64,000 nt of DNA. Origin: Eutreptiella sp. 'Long Island Sound 2002' (taxonomy: Eukaryota; Protista; Euglenida). Below are positions 25,174-39,155 of this stretch, in pieces. The translations under genes were made by a program, and so were the position numbers. The notes beneath the pieces were generated by a model, which was given only the letters and a program-made list of their open reading frames with translations, ran no database searches and was not told where the DNA came from. The stretch is taken from positions 52,576,001 through 52,640,000 of the forward strand of contig OZ038379.1 in NCBI GenBank assembly GCA_964036045.1, written 5' to 3'. Position 1 is the first letter of the stretch; the number at the start of each line of letters is the position of its first letter.

Positions 25174-27410
25174 CTGAGAGACGAATGCGGGGGGCTGTGG
25201 AATGCTCTGTAGACAGGGCGGGAGGGGATGGGGCTGTTGGGCTTGGAGGGCGCCCGTCAGGATTGATCACTTCTGTTCAACTGGCACCACCACCACCACC
25301 ACCACTATTACCGCAAACACCACCACCACCGTCCCCATTCACAAGTTCCACGAATCAACCACCTCTGCGGTCTGTTTGGGGGAGAATGGGATGGCAATCC
25401 CACTGCTCGGCAGGGCTGGAGTGGGTGCAGCGGAAATATGAAGTGCTCTTGATGCGTACTGCAGCACCGCCAGTAGGCTTTGCCTCCGTGCCAGCAGTAA
25501 AATATTGGGAACACGCTGGCTCACTTCGCATCCCACAATTCCCAACGCTCACACTCCCGTGGACCCCCAATAGACAAGATGTGAGAGGCCTTGCCTTGCG
25601 CAAGAACAGGCCACTGCTTGGTGACCTTTGGGGGGGGTGGGGAGGGATGCAATTCCAGACCCACCCACGCACCCACATCCGAAAACTTGCCCTCAGGGGG
25701 TTGCTGCGATTGACTACAGAGGCCGGGCATTTTCGACACAAGGGACGTCACGAAGCAATGACCTGAAACATCCGGTGAAGCTGCCCATTTCTGGGGTCCA
25801 CCCGTCAAACATCGTGTGCGCGCACAAAAAAACGCACCTCGAACATCAGTCAAGCGGTTGCTGCCTGTGACAAAACATGAGGCCCAAGAGCAATTGCAAC
25901 TGAATTGCCCTCTACGACGAAGCCGTTCATGGCAACACCAACAACAAAGACAGCCCCACCCTTGCTCTCCTTCGCGCCCCGTCCCCGCCTCCATTGTGCT
26001 CGTGTCGCCCGTGTTTGCAACTTCGATATCATGTTTGAGTGTGAGTTTGACGTCCGGTGGAATCTACTCAACTGTTGTCGGATAACCGTGCTAACTTTCA
26101 TACTTCAGTGCGCAGTGGGGGGCCAGGGTTTTGCTCTGTTGCTACGGGCACGCCGCATCCCAAACCGCAGTGCCGAGTCATATCCAGGTCAGAGACACCC
26201 AGACACTTGTCGCATGCAGTCTACCGAAATTCCAAGTATCGAGGGGTGGTATTACCGTGTGGTCTGCAGCACTCTTACAACAGGCATAAACGGGGGGGGC
26301 TTGTTTCAACAAGATGTCCACCAAGAGCCTCAGGAACGATTCACTTGGAAGCATGTAACGGTAGCACATTGTTTCCCACGTCTGGCACTCACTCAGGGGG
26401 TTTCCCACACCCAAATCAGGGAGTCGAATCATTTTTGAAGCACCATCATCGTTCTTGCGTACCATACCATACCACGAGGGGGCGGGAAGTGGGTCCATGA
26501 AGGCTGGTGCACTATGGTGCAGTGTCAAGTGCCACGTCGTTTGTGACCTGCTTAGAGGCCAAGGTCATTTGGGGGGGGGGGAGTGAGTGTGGGAGGGTGA
26601 GGGGGGATAGGCGGATGCAATTTTGTAAGTGACAGTGGGATGGTTGCCCCACGCCCCCATGGCGTCGACCCCACCACCACCCTTCATCACCCCCAAGCTG
26701 TGAAGCTGGGATGATCACCACCAATGTGGGAAATTGTTTCACAGGGCCAAGCGCGTCCCAACTTGCTTTGACAAGTCCAAACATGAGGCGGGACATGCTC
26801 CCACGGTCCATAAACAAGTGCTGCTTCTAACCCTCATCTCTCCCATCCAGCGCCTGTATGCCTCACATTCAGACATTCCCAAGATGGTGAAAATCGGAGG
26901 GTGCTCACCACCACCAATGTGGGAAATGCACCACAGGGCCGGGTGATTCCGGGTCCGAGCTCGGGGGGGGGGGTCTGATTCCCAGCTGATCCATGTGCAG
27001 AGCAAGGCAGTGGGCCCGTTCCCTGTACCTGTCCCACCCATCACCCTGGCGGTGGTCCTACCCTGAACTTTGGGGGGGGGGGGCGCAACCAAAAGCATTG
27101 GAGGCAGCTGTGCACACCCGTGAAGAGAGTCCCTTTGGGGCACGGGCACCCATCATTGATGTCCGCCAGACACCCTCTGTAGCCACTGGAGTCCCAGGGA
27201 CCAAGGGAGACCTTGTGACAAGGCAGATTGTTGCATAATGTTTTGAATGCGCCGGGGGGGGGGGGGGGGCAACACCCCCTCCTTTTTTTTGGGGGGGGGG
27301 CGGGCAGCTCAGGGTAGACCTCCCTGTACGCCAAAAAGTTTGGTGCGTGCACCAACAGACTGCTGGCACACAATAAACAACAGAATACTCGCCACAAAAC
27401 ACTGCCCCAA

Positions 27411-27480
27411 CCACCACCACCACCACCACCACCACCACCACCACCACCACCACCACCACCACCACCACCACCACCACCAA
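27411..27480. repeat. (CAC)n microsatellite in LRR intron 3
   Basis: Uninterrupted CAC run starting about 10 nt past the donor; explains the spurious poly-His/Gly/Val ORFs. Confidence 0.95.
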
Positions 27481-27490
27481 CATTGAATAC

Positions 27491-27829
27491 CGAGTCGTTG
27501 CGCTCCAAGGCGATGACCAAGGCGCGAGCGCCCTCATCACGCACGAAGTTGTCCTTCAGATTGACAGTTGCAAGGAAGTCATTGATTTGCAGCAGCTCCG
27601 CCAGGGCCTTGGCCCCCTCTGGGCCAATGAAATTGTCCCGCAAGTCCAAAACCCGCACAAATGTATTGCTGCGGAGGGCGTCCGCCAGCAACAGTGCGCT
27701 AAGATTGTTGTAGTACGACTTCAGGTCCTCCGGGCGCTTGGTCACAGTATTGCCCACAGTACCAGAGCTGGCGCCGCACAAGCGCAGCTCCAGCAGCGAG
27801 GCGTCATTGGCCATGATCATGGGCAGCAC
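27491..27829 (-). CDS. LRR protein exon 3
   Basis: Acceptor TGTTGCAG|GTG, donor TCG|GTATTC; 339 nt; joins ELKQ|VLPMIMAND and ERNDS|VVELDLSGN in frame. Confidence 0.9.
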
Positions 27830-30800
27830 CTGCAACAGAGGACCGGAACAAGAAGGGGACAGCAGTGAGTCAACCGGCTGCAAGAAGGGTGTCAACCGGG
27901 CAGGCACCCCCTGCCCTCTCCGGGCCATCTCTCATAGAAGAGCTTGGGTTGTGGTCAGAAATCTCCCACCATCTAGGCCACACTCAAAACGCGTGTGAAT
28001 TGTGGCTACAGAACCCTCCTACAGCATCCCTTCCAGGGTAGAACCTAAACACACCACATTTGAAACCATCTTTGAGTGGTAGCGGGCAAACACATGAATA
28101 CTATGTCCCACAACTTGTGCAGCCTACAAGCCCTTGGTCTGGACAGACGGCCAAATGGTTGAACTGTGCATGTACTATTCTCAAGGCACCCCCATATGGG
28201 GCACGGCTGGCAGTCAGATCTCTCCACCAGGGCTCGTCCTTTTTTATGTGATTTAATGGCATGTCTGGCAAACACTAACAGACACCATTTGGTGTGGGTT
28301 GCCATGTTACCCAGACAATGGCATGATGGGGGAATGCCTGCATTGCAGACACCTTTTTGGAAGCATTTCCCCATAAAAATGCCCCATTCCTCCCTCCCAT
28401 AAACGGTGCATTGGGCTGAGATACCTCAGCAGGCACCAACGGTTGAAGCATGCCGCGGCATGCCGCAGCACCTGATTTTGTGGCCTGTTGGTGGGAGTTT
28501 TGAAGCATGCCGCAGCATGCCGCAGCACACTGAAAATTCGGTTCAGACCAAAATATGAATTCCATCTCTGAGCCGTCAATCAGCAGAGATGGCTGGTACT
28601 CTAGTGGTAAAATGCAGCGTCTGTGAATGAAAGGTCCCTTGTTCAATTCCTGGAGCTCGCAGTCTGCAGCAACACAGGCAGAGACAGCAGTGCTCTGTCC
28701 CACCTATTTTTTTTCCTTTTTGCTGTGTTGTGCTTTGACAGGTCCTTGTTATTTTCACTTTGTCTTCTGATGTCTACAGTTGAACCCACTGACGAGGGGA
28801 AACACAACCCAAGAGGAACAAGGAGACAACCAGGAGTACTGCAGATTGTTTGGGCAATTGAAGAAGGCATCGGGCAGTTCCTATGTTGTACAGACACCCA
28901 GGGTGAAAGTCAAAATGGGAAATTTTATTGTACTTTCTGTGCAGTTTGGCTGTCATCAAAGGGTGCCATCTTGAAGGACCGTGTTTGGGTAAAAACAACA
29001 AACAACCAGATGACCACTCATGAAATGATTCTGCTGTGTCCATCTTTGCAGGGTGTCAGGAGATGCATTGCTTTGTGATTGATGTTATGTTTTGCCACCT
29101 TTGCAGCTTTTTGGAAATTTGGGTTACCCCCCACCAATGGCTTGAAGCATGCCGCAGCATGCCGTAGCATGCCGCGGCACAGCAAATTCTGGGGGACCGT
29201 TGGTGCCTGCAGCGACAAACTCCCCATGTTCTTTCCACTGCCCTCGCAACTTATCCATGTCCTTGCCCATGTCCTCAATCCTCATTTGGATCTCCCCTAT
29301 GACTTGGGGTGGGGTGTCTCTCACCTACAACCCCCACCACACACTGCAAAAAAACCCATCTTTTGTCGAAAACACACCGAGAAACAACAATTGCACACTG
29401 GGCTCAGCACAAATTGGATGTTGCAGTCACCATCCCATCCCAACAAGCCCCTACCATCAGCAAATTGCTGCCCAGTGTTGTGCAAGTCAATTGTGTTGCA
29501 AGATTACACGGCCACCCAGCTCCATGCTCCCCTTGCCTCCAATAATGATAATCATTCCCGTATCCTCTGCATATCTTGCTTTCAGAATTCCAGCCATTTC
29601 CAGCCAAGTCATGGCAGATCACCACCATATGGAAAGCACTGGGGACCCGTTGTACTGAGTCCTGATCACCCTGAAACAATGGCACAAGCAGGCACTTTGT
29701 GGCATGGGCTGCTCACTATGCATCTCACGGGTCGCCTTGCCGTTCTTTCTGTACCTGTTGTTCTGACAAGAGTTTGCAAGCAAACAGGTATGAGAGGATG
29801 GGTATGGTGTCTGCTGACAAATCATGTCAGGTGGTTTCGGAGGCGGGCGCGGGCTTTCCTCGTCAGTGGCCCCCACACCTGAATCATCTCAGTGCACCCT
29901 TGGGCACAGGGGGAGGGGGGGGGGGGTTGTGAAGAGAGAGGTGGGTGTCCAACAAATGCTGGTTCGGGATCCAGTGACCGAGGTCATGTCTTTTGTATGA
30001 CCTCCAGGTCATTTGTGGGGGAGGAGGGTGCAGTTTTATGGAGGAGGGTAGAATGCTTGTCCTGGAAGAGGACGGGGCAGGGGGGGGGGGGGGATGAGAA
30101 AGGCAGAGTATGTTTGCCGGTTGGTATTTCCTGTCGCACACACTTGATTGTGTAGAGGCGTGCCTCCAGACTGTGGCTGAAGGGAGTGGGGTAAGACCTA
30201 CTAAGGGTGAGCAAAGCGAAAGTGTGCATAGAAGAGAGGGGAGGTGACCAGAGGGCCGGGGGGATGGGAAGTTTAATAATGCCGATTTGTGGGAAATAGT
30301 AGTGGGAGATTAATCCAGCTGTCTAAGGATAACCACTTCAAAAAGCGGCACAGTGCGCCGGGAGGGCACGTGTGCCCGCTTAGTCAAAGTGTGGCCAGGG
30401 GGAAGGAGGGCACTGGGTCCTTGCATACTGGTGTCTGTATTTTGAGCAGTGTGTGCTGAGTGTTGCCGTGCATTATCACTTGTTGTGCACTTTCACTGCC
30501 GACAGGCTTGAGGAGCAAGACCCATGTGGCTATGCCAAAATCACATCATGGTGGGACTTTCACATTGGTGGCCCTGGTAGTCGGGGCAGCCACTCCATGA
30601 CTGCGAACCCCATTGCTTCTGACCCGGGGTCTAGCTCTTGACAAGGGGCAGAATGCCTTGAAAATGTGGCGCACCTCTGATGGGCAACACGTGGTGATCC
30701 ACCCTGTGTCACACACCCCACATCAGTGGTGCCAAGTACCCTCTACACCTCACAACCCCGGCGGCGGAGGAGTAAGGAGGCGATGGAGACGGACTGCTAC

Positions 30801-33800
30801 AAATGTGAGCCGTCCCAGCCTCTTGGATCCCTTATACCCCATCTTTTAGTGTAGAGTCAGTGGCATGTCCCCACAAGCGCTTTTGCAGAGCACTACTGTT
30901 TGTCATCGGCTGAGCGGCATTCCCCCTCTCTCCGCGGCAATACGACATCCGGTCTGTGACATATCAGTGCTCACCATTGCAACTGAGCATTGATTGCAAT
31001 GGTTGATTGCAATTTTTCTTATGATGTATGGTTTGAGGCTTGGGTGTGAAAAACTCACTCACCACCGACCTCGCGCCCCGCTTGCCTTGCCGATCTCCTT
31101 TCCTATGCACCCCTTCTACTCTTGCTAGGTAGCCCCCAATTGCCCTATTGGATGCATTGTGTGCACGCCACTTCCAGTGCTTCCCCTAAATTTTAGCCCC
31201 AAGTTCAAGTGCTAATCAATGTGTAGCGCACAAGCCACACAGAACAATTTGGACATGCGCAGTGGTGCTAGGGCTAGTAGGGGAAGGGGTTCCATGAAGG
31301 CTAGCAGGTGACCGTGTCGTACAACCAATGTCCACATGCATGTGCGTCGTATGACTTGCTCGTTGGCCGAGGTTGGTTCTAAAGGAGTGTTGGGGAACAC
31401 TTAATGCTTACTATGCACGGTAGTCACACCGTAGGTCAGGGTAACAAGCTTCGGGGGTAGCATGGCCCACCCACCCATGACAAGACCCGGCGGTAACAAG
31501 GACACCGGAGATGCCGATGCTTCCCGTGACAGGTTCAAAAAATTGGTATAAATCTAGCCTTGTGCTTTTGTGTTTTCTGGGGAACAAGTAGATGCGAATA
31601 GACCTATAGATAGTGGGGGACAGAATCAAAGCAGTTGACAAAAAATAATGAACAATCCATATTTCGAAGTGATACATTTTTCCACAAGCTACTAGACGAT
31701 ACTTTTCTTGCATGAAAGCAATCCAATTCATGTTATACTTTTCTGTGCCTCTCCATAGCGAAAAAGAGCATCAATCTAGCTTGTCAGATTACTCCTCTTT
31801 ATGCTCTCTATGATTAAAAAAAGAAAATAAAGATAAGCAACCAAAACGGATACAACAACAAAATCTTACACAAATGCCGACAAAACCAAATAGATAAGAT
31901 AGTAAAAACAAATATACAGTAATTCATGGCATCAGTTTTGTGGCTAGGCTGGAGGAGGAATCGCTACGCTCCCCCTTCCCGAGCCTAGAAAGGTTTTTTG
32001 CGACTCTCGGTTGTCGGAAGTGCCAAAAATTGTGCACACCATCATCAAACCAATGAAACCCCCGGTGGACTGAAGTAATGCTTTTCTCCTGTCCAAGGTC
32101 CCAAAGAACAATGTTCGGCTTCAGTTGACACTCAAACGAAACAAAGGCCATGGGTGTTCCACTACTTGAAGCTTGGTGGTGCAACGGTGAGAGTTGGAGG
32201 GAGACCCACGTTTCCGTGACACTATTTTTCCAAAATTGACAACTCGAAAAGTGCAATCCAAGATGATTTTTTGCCTAGAGCTGCAAGCGCTCATTTTTTC
32301 TTGTCTCCAATAATTGTTGACACCCCATTCCAGTGCTTCCAACAGGTTTTTTTTTTGTTCAATAAGACAACCGGGCCCATGCTTTACGGTGGTCGACCGA
32401 TACTGAAATGAGTGCAAATCCTCAACTCGGGAACCAACCACATTGTAGCACTTGACCAAGCAACCCGCCGCCATTTCTAAAGTCTTTTGGTCCTTGCTAC
32501 ACAACCATATCTGTTTTGGTTCGTGGAGAAACCACACGTGATCACATGAATGCTTAATTGAACAAGCACCATAACATTTGTCGAAGCGGAACCTAGCTAT
32601 AATGACAAAAAATATCTTGTGGCGTAATTTTTGCAACGAACACTGGGAATTGCCAAATACTATCCCCCCCATCATTTTCTTCTACATCTCTCAAGGATCA
32701 TTTTGTGCTTTGCCCTAAGCCTTAACTCCACGACATGTCCACACGCTGCCCTTGGGGGGAGAACAAAAATGGCCCAAAAACTCAGCTTGTTCTTGCTGCT
32801 AGCACCATGCTCCAACACCCTCCAAAAGACAGCCCCCGTCCTATGACCTTATGAAGGCACATACAAAACCATGTCGTAGGGATCGAAAAGCATTAGTAGG
32901 GCTTCGAATCTCCGAGGTTGTGGCCTGTCAACTCAATGATGTATTTGGGCGGCGCAAAGTTTTGTATGATCCACAATTGGAGGGGAAAAAAGCGATTTTT
33001 TTTTACCGAAATCGGTCTCCCTCCAAGGGTCTTACCTCGGCACCACTAGGGTGTTCAGACCTAAATTTTTTTTTTCTGCAACCATTGGAGCTGACCGCAT
33101 GCCATGGTGCTTGAATCTGAGCCAGATGAGCCACCATCACGTGGCAATTCTCGACGCCAGTTGACCCGCATTTCAATTATCGTGAAATTTTCTCAACTTG
33201 AATGCTTCACCAAACAGCGAAATCGTATCGGCTTTTCAAAATTCAAAATGCTATGCGGATCATTTTTCAACGCCGTTTACAAATATGCACTTGGATTGGG
33301 ATTTTGCGCAATGTTATTCTTGGCTGATCTAAGACTGTATTTCAGAATTTCGCAAAACGAAAAAAATTGCCTTTCTAACCTAGTAGCCACCGCTCTACCG
33401 TTTGCGCATGTGCCTTCGGTTTGTTCCGGAATGTGCATTTGGGTATTAGTGAGAGAGCGCATGTCCCACGGTATAATCAGTGGGGGTCAGCTTTCGCTTC
33501 CTGGGTAGTAGCGGGGCCCCTCCCCCACTATTTGGACGTAGTGTGTGCATAAGGTACGCTTGGGCAATTGGCTTTAATGCATACAGACACGCCAAAGACA
33601 CCGGAACACAAAAGTACCATGCAGGTTGATGGATTGACACCATCACTCTCCACAAAGGAGATGCTACGGTCCCAGCTCAATGTGCAAAGCGTGGTAGGGA
33701 ATCCCACCCTTCAAACGTGGTTAAGGAGGAGGGACGTCATCTCCTCGGTCACAAGTAGCAACCCCCAATGCCAGACCTTCCCCCATACTCCTTGGATATG

Positions 33801-34893
33801 CATGACCGTACATGAATCCTCAGCCATGCTATGGTTGTGTGCAGGTGTGTAAAGTGTGTGCGGCACTATGTGAGCGCAAACAAAGTGTCGCTATTTGTAC
33901 CATGTTTCGGTTCATTGCAAGGGGTGGGCAAAGGTTGATGAACTAGCACAACACGACGTATTCCAAAAAAATAGAAAAAAAACGTACACTCCAAATGCCC
34001 AACGCGTCGCACAACGTTTCTCCAATTCCCCCACCACAGCACCACATTGCCCCACCATCACATGTTGTTGCCTGATCCCCTACATTGTAGGGTGCCCAAT
34101 CCTATGACATAGGCATTTCGCTGCGTTTCGTGTTTCAATTGTTGGAACAACTACTGGTCATCAGGTGAGCAGACAGGTTCCGATGACAAAGTGCCCTCAG
34201 AGCATGAGGTCAAGCTCGACCCATAGTGGGAGTTGGAGCTGGACTTGGACTTGGAGCTGCAGTCAGAATTGGAGACGCAAACAGTGATCCGCGTCCTGGT
34301 TTTGCACCAAAGGCTTGCTGCATTTGTTGCTTGATTGTTGTAGTGCCACCCCTCAGAATTGCACCTGTGGCGCCCACTTCCCTGCCAGCGCTGCCAGGCT
34401 TCTCTCAGACCATGAAATTTGGAGGATGGTGACCCCACACCTGACTTGCGAAATTGTAGCACAGGGCCCCGCAGCATCAAGTGCCATGCAGTGGCCGTGT
34501 GCTGCAGTTCTAGGCATATTGCCGACGGTGTTTATGGTGGAGTGTGCCCAGTATGCTATGGGTCAAGCGGTAGCTGGTTTTGTTCGGATTGGTGAACCCT
34601 GCAGCCCCAGTGCAGAGCTGTCAACAGCGGGGCGAAAAGAAGGGGTGGGTGTAGTACAGCATTGAGTCCGTTCCCTGTAACTGTCCTGCCCATCACCCCA
34701 GCAGTGGTCCTATCCTGAACTGGGGAGCCCTGGAACTCCGGGCGATACCGGGGCTGTGGGTCCATCAGACAGTGATGATGGTGCGGAAGCTTGGGGGCAG
34801 GGGGGTTTCAGGGGCAACTCCTGTTCTGAAGCACATTACCCGGCATTTTGGATCCTTAAAGGGGGGGGATGCCCGTGTCCCAGGCCGCAGAAC

Positions 34894-35433
34894 CTGCTTG
34901 AGCTCGTTTGGTTGCGTATTGAGGGTAAGGGCCGCATCGATCTTCCGCAGCAGGACATCGTTGATGTCGTTGCCGGCGAGGGGGAGGCTGCGGCACAGGT
35001 TGTTGTGCTCCAGCGCCTCCAGCAGTGCGCGCGCCCCCGCATCGCCGATCTCGTTGTCCATCAAATTCACCTCCGTCAAGGTGTCATTCTGCTGGAGGAG
35101 CTGGGCCAGCGCACGCGCCCCGTCCGGACCCACGTGGTCATTGCGGAGGCCGATGGACGTGATGGTGCTGTTGCGCTCCAACGCCTGCAGCACTGGGATG
35201 ACCCGCGAGTCCGTTTTGAAGTTGTGGTCCAAAATCAGGGTGCGCACGTGTGTGTTGACCTCCATCGCATCCGCCACCATCATCGCCGCGGCGTCGTCGT
35301 AGACCAGCGCCTGGGTGTTGGGGCCACTGAGGTCCAAAATGTCCACGTCTGCGGCGTTGCGCTGCACGGCTGGCAAGAACTGCTTGAGGTCTGGGGGCCG
35401 CATGTTGAGCTCCAGCCAATACAAGATGCGCTC
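34894..35433 (-). CDS. LRR protein exon 2
   Basis: Acceptor TTGCACAG|GAG, donor CAG|GTTCTG; 540 nt, phase 0/0; ITSIGLRNDHVGPDGARALAQLL and LTEVNLMDNEIGDAGARALLEAL repeats. Confidence 0.9.
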
Positions 35434-35635
35434 CTGTGCAACGGAAAAATCCCGCACACACACATTGAGAACCACGAGACAAGAATAGAGCAAAGAAAAG
35501 CGGTTGGAGAAACTCCCCAGGAACTGCAGAGCAGTCCTAGACGTCTTTCAGTCTGCCGAAGAAAGCACAGTGCACAGTGCAATGCTTTGCAGGCAGAATG
35601 TTCTTCACCAGACCTCAATAAATCCACGGAAAATC

Positions 35636-35667
<32 letters not shown>

Positions 35668-36089
35668 CACACACTTGTGTGTGTCATAAGGCTAGGCGCC
35701 TTTCTGAAGCAGTGATCAGGCAGGGTAGAGCGGCTAACAGCTAATTGTCTGTAGGAGTCATGGGCGAAAGCAACTGTGCACCAACCTGTCACCACTAGAC
35801 CGTAGAGGGGAAGGATGGCTCTGGCATTGCAGCATCATGTACATGCCGACGATTTGTAGCCCACGCGGCCCATGTGCGCGCGCGCAAACACACGTGCCAT
35901 ACGCGACAAACAGGCCGTGAGTGGAAAAAGCTTGATGTACTGGACTTCATCAGGTGCATGCCAAAGAGAACGGAAGCAACAGCGAGTGTTCATGAGCACT
36001 AGGCACCTTTCTGCAAGAAGGAGAGTACGACGCTGTACAGTAGCTCCAGAGGGCAGCCTGCATGCGGTGCACCCCATCACCAGGGCGAA

Positions 36090-36150
36090 ACAAACACACG
36101 CACACGCACACGCACACGCACACGCACACACAAACACGTACACACAAACA

Positions 36151-36187
<37 letters not shown>
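36090..36187. repeat. (CA)n/(CACG)n microsatellite; further tracts at 35637-35672 and 39109-39145
   Basis: Direct observation. Confidence 0.95.
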
Positions 36188-36190
<3 letters not shown>

Positions 36191-36834
36191 AAAGACAACG
36201 CACACTCGCAAACATGCACAAACCACATCCGTGGCCCAAGGAGACCCCCCCCTGTCCTCCCCACGTGGACTGAAAGGGCTGTGTAAGTGTAGGTTGCGTC
36301 CAAAAGCAGTGTAGGGTGCCTGGGATAGTACATTCGCGTGTGTCCGGGCATGAAAAGGCTCTGATTTGTTTTGAAAATTCTGATGCAGTCCGAATGCCAT
36401 ATTCATTGCAATTCTTGACAACCGAGGGAATGAGCAGCTGCAGTGAGATCACTATGCCCTGGTGCCGCATGCACACATCGAACGGGATACAGAACAACTA
36501 CAGCTCCGTCAACAGGACCATTAAAAAGTGCTCTCCCTTGCACAGCAGCAGGCTCTGGAAAATGACGCCCGCCGGCACGCACAAAGATCAGCATGCACGG
36601 ATGCATGCGACGAGAACTGCAAACCACGAAAAAAGTAGTGAAGTGATGGACAGAACCATTTACTCAGGACATCTAGATGGGCGCGTGATCAGTGACCAAC
36701 AGACAACAACAGCTGTCTGCGCGTGCTCATCGTGTGCGGCGACAAACAGCAAAACGCGATTGGGATTGAATTTGTCGATGTGACACCCGCAGCCCACACA
36801 CAAGGACATGCAGAAGAACATCCCTCTTACACAC

Positions 36835-37194
36835 CTCAGCCGCAGGCCCCAACATGCCACCTTCGCAGCCCAGGCGCACCAGCGACGCGTTCGTCTGCAG
36901 CGCTTTAATGAAGGCGCCGCCGCCGGCGCTGGTCATGGGATTGCCAGAGATGTCCAAGTGCGTCAGGGCCGTGTTCTGCAGGAGCATGTCAGCCAGGAAT
37001 AGCGCGCTCTCATCCGTCAGCGCATTGTCACTGAGATCCAGTTTCTGCAGGAACACGTTGGTCTTGAGGGCCTGGGCGATGTAGCAGCAGTCAAGGTCGC
37101 GCAGGCCTTTGCGGCTCAGGGCCAATGCCTTCAACTCCGGCACGTTCTGCCGGATTCGTGAGACGCAGACCTCCGTCAGCAAATTGTTGTCCAT
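36835..37194 (-). CDS. LRR protein (tropomodulin/RNI-like repeats), exon 1 (probable start exon)
   Basis: ATG at 37194 with an in-frame TAG just upstream; 120 codons MDNNLL...GPAAE containing LQKLDLSDNALTD and LTHLDISGNPMT repeats; donor GAG|GTGTGT, phase 0. Confidence 0.85.
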
Positions 37195-39108
37195 GGCCCC
37201 AGTCGGACCCTTCTGGGCTGACGGCTGCGAGGGCTACTGAGGAGCGGTGGTGCGGAGGCGGATCCGGTTTCCAAAGAAGCACCACAGCAACAGAAGGCCA
37301 AAGCCTGTGCAAAGAGCTACAGGACGGTGTCATGGACGGCGAGGAAGGACAACCGGGTCTCAAGGGCGCAGAAAGGGTGGGCGACAGGCACCACGAAACA
37401 AACCAGAATTGGTCCAGGTGTGTCTCACCAGGGGTGAAATGAATACATGATGACATGATCACAAATGAGTCCTCCTTGTTTCTCTCCAGGTTTCAAACAA
37501 CATTAAACCAATACAAAACGCAACGAAACGAGTCGACTGGAGCCGAAACAGGTCGGCTCGGTCAAACATGTAGGAGTGGGGGGTACCCAAACCCACAGAA
37601 CCCTAACCCTAACAGTCAAAACCAAAAGACCCATGATAAAAAAAAAGTAGTTTGAAGCTCAAAAAGGAGCAAAAGAGTGAGAAACAGACCAACAACAGCC
37701 AAACCGAACGACAAACAGACACTTCACTGCACTGACCTACTAGAGACTTGTACATTGGCTCAGACCCCTCATCCTGGAGCATTGGCTGCCAGTGTCTTGG
37801 CGAGGACGTGCAGTATCTTTGCACAACAACATTGTGCCTTCCTCTGCAGCACATTGCAATCTGCCACAAACCACGTGGGACTTCCTGCAAGGGTGCAGGA
37901 AACGTGCGAAGAGTTCATCAGGAAACACAAGCACTGGCACAAAGGTCCCACAAATAGCAAAAGGTGGACTAAATGTAATGAAATGAAGGTGAAAAGTCAC
38001 AAAAACCTGTGCAGTGAGGGGACACCAAAGCCCATACAAGCACGGTTCGGATGGTGCTAGGTATGCTGACCAGATTAGAACTGCCAGCGTACAGTGCGCG
38101 GACTGCTGCCTCTGCAACAAATAATCTACAGGTATCTTCAGTGATCCCAGGGATTTTCTTCCTTCTCCCATCTGGCCCCATCATCCATTGATCCGCCTCC
38201 TTAACTTGATATCAGAACCCCACTCTTCGCAAGAGGTGGACAGGTGCCTATCATTTGCCACATCCGATTGAGGAAAATCAGTTGTGTGCCTGAAACATAC
38301 ACCGTCCTCCAGAGTACTACACAAGCTGATCGGATCCCAGTTCGTAAACTGAGCATAATTGCCCCACTCTCATTAGTGCCACTCTCAAGCGCAAACCCAG
38401 CGATGGTCATGGGTTACATATGCCCGCACTATTACGGTTTTACTCCTTTACTTTGCAATCCTGCAGTTCCGTCGGTCGGGACGGGCACGGAAGCTCAAGA
38501 GGGCACCTGACAGGCAACAGAAGACTGGCAGGCATTGGCCTGCTGATGGTGTTTCTTGTTCTTCCTGCGTGCTCCCGGCTCTGGCGGCAATACGCCCTCG
38601 AGGACGGCATGCCTGTGCGCGCATTGGAAAATGCTTTCCCGACAATTGCTGGGTGCAGAGGGCGGGCGGCTGGGCTTCCAAAGACATGTGTACAGCGCAG
38701 TTCACAGGGGCACTCACAAAATAAAGGCCTGAGAGCCCGGTCTGTGAACTGCTGGGTGCAGAGCTACCCTGCCCTGCAGACTGCCCACCCTGCCCTACGC
38801 ACGGAACCTCCGTTCCTTTGGACCTACAGTTCCGTCGGTTGGGGGGGGGCAGAGAAGCTCAAGAGTGCAAGTGACAAGCAACAGAAGAGTGGCAGGCATT
38901 GGTCTGCTCATTGGTCTTCTGATGGTGTTTCTTGTTCTTCCTGCATACTCACAATAAAATGGCGAGTGTATGCGAGCCAATATAGGGCGGCGCCACTCGC
39001 CTGTCCGAGCCGCCCTGGTGCTGGGAGGCCCTGGGCATTGCTGCAGGGGTTGCACACCCACCATCAGCAGGTGCTGAGTGGGCAGAGAAAACGATTGCCC
39101 GTCCTGAA

Positions 39109-39143
<35 letters not shown>

Positions 39144-39155
39144 CGCATGTCTCAA

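Noticed and set aside
27058-27540. Poly-His, poly-Val and poly-Gly ORFs
   Set aside because: Translations of the intronic (CAC)n tract; the true exon ends at donor 27490
31411-32675. RLE-type LINE remnant (LKPNIVLWD resembles a PD-(D/E)xK motif)
   Set aside because: Only one weak motif; no clear CCHC knuckle or RT motifs
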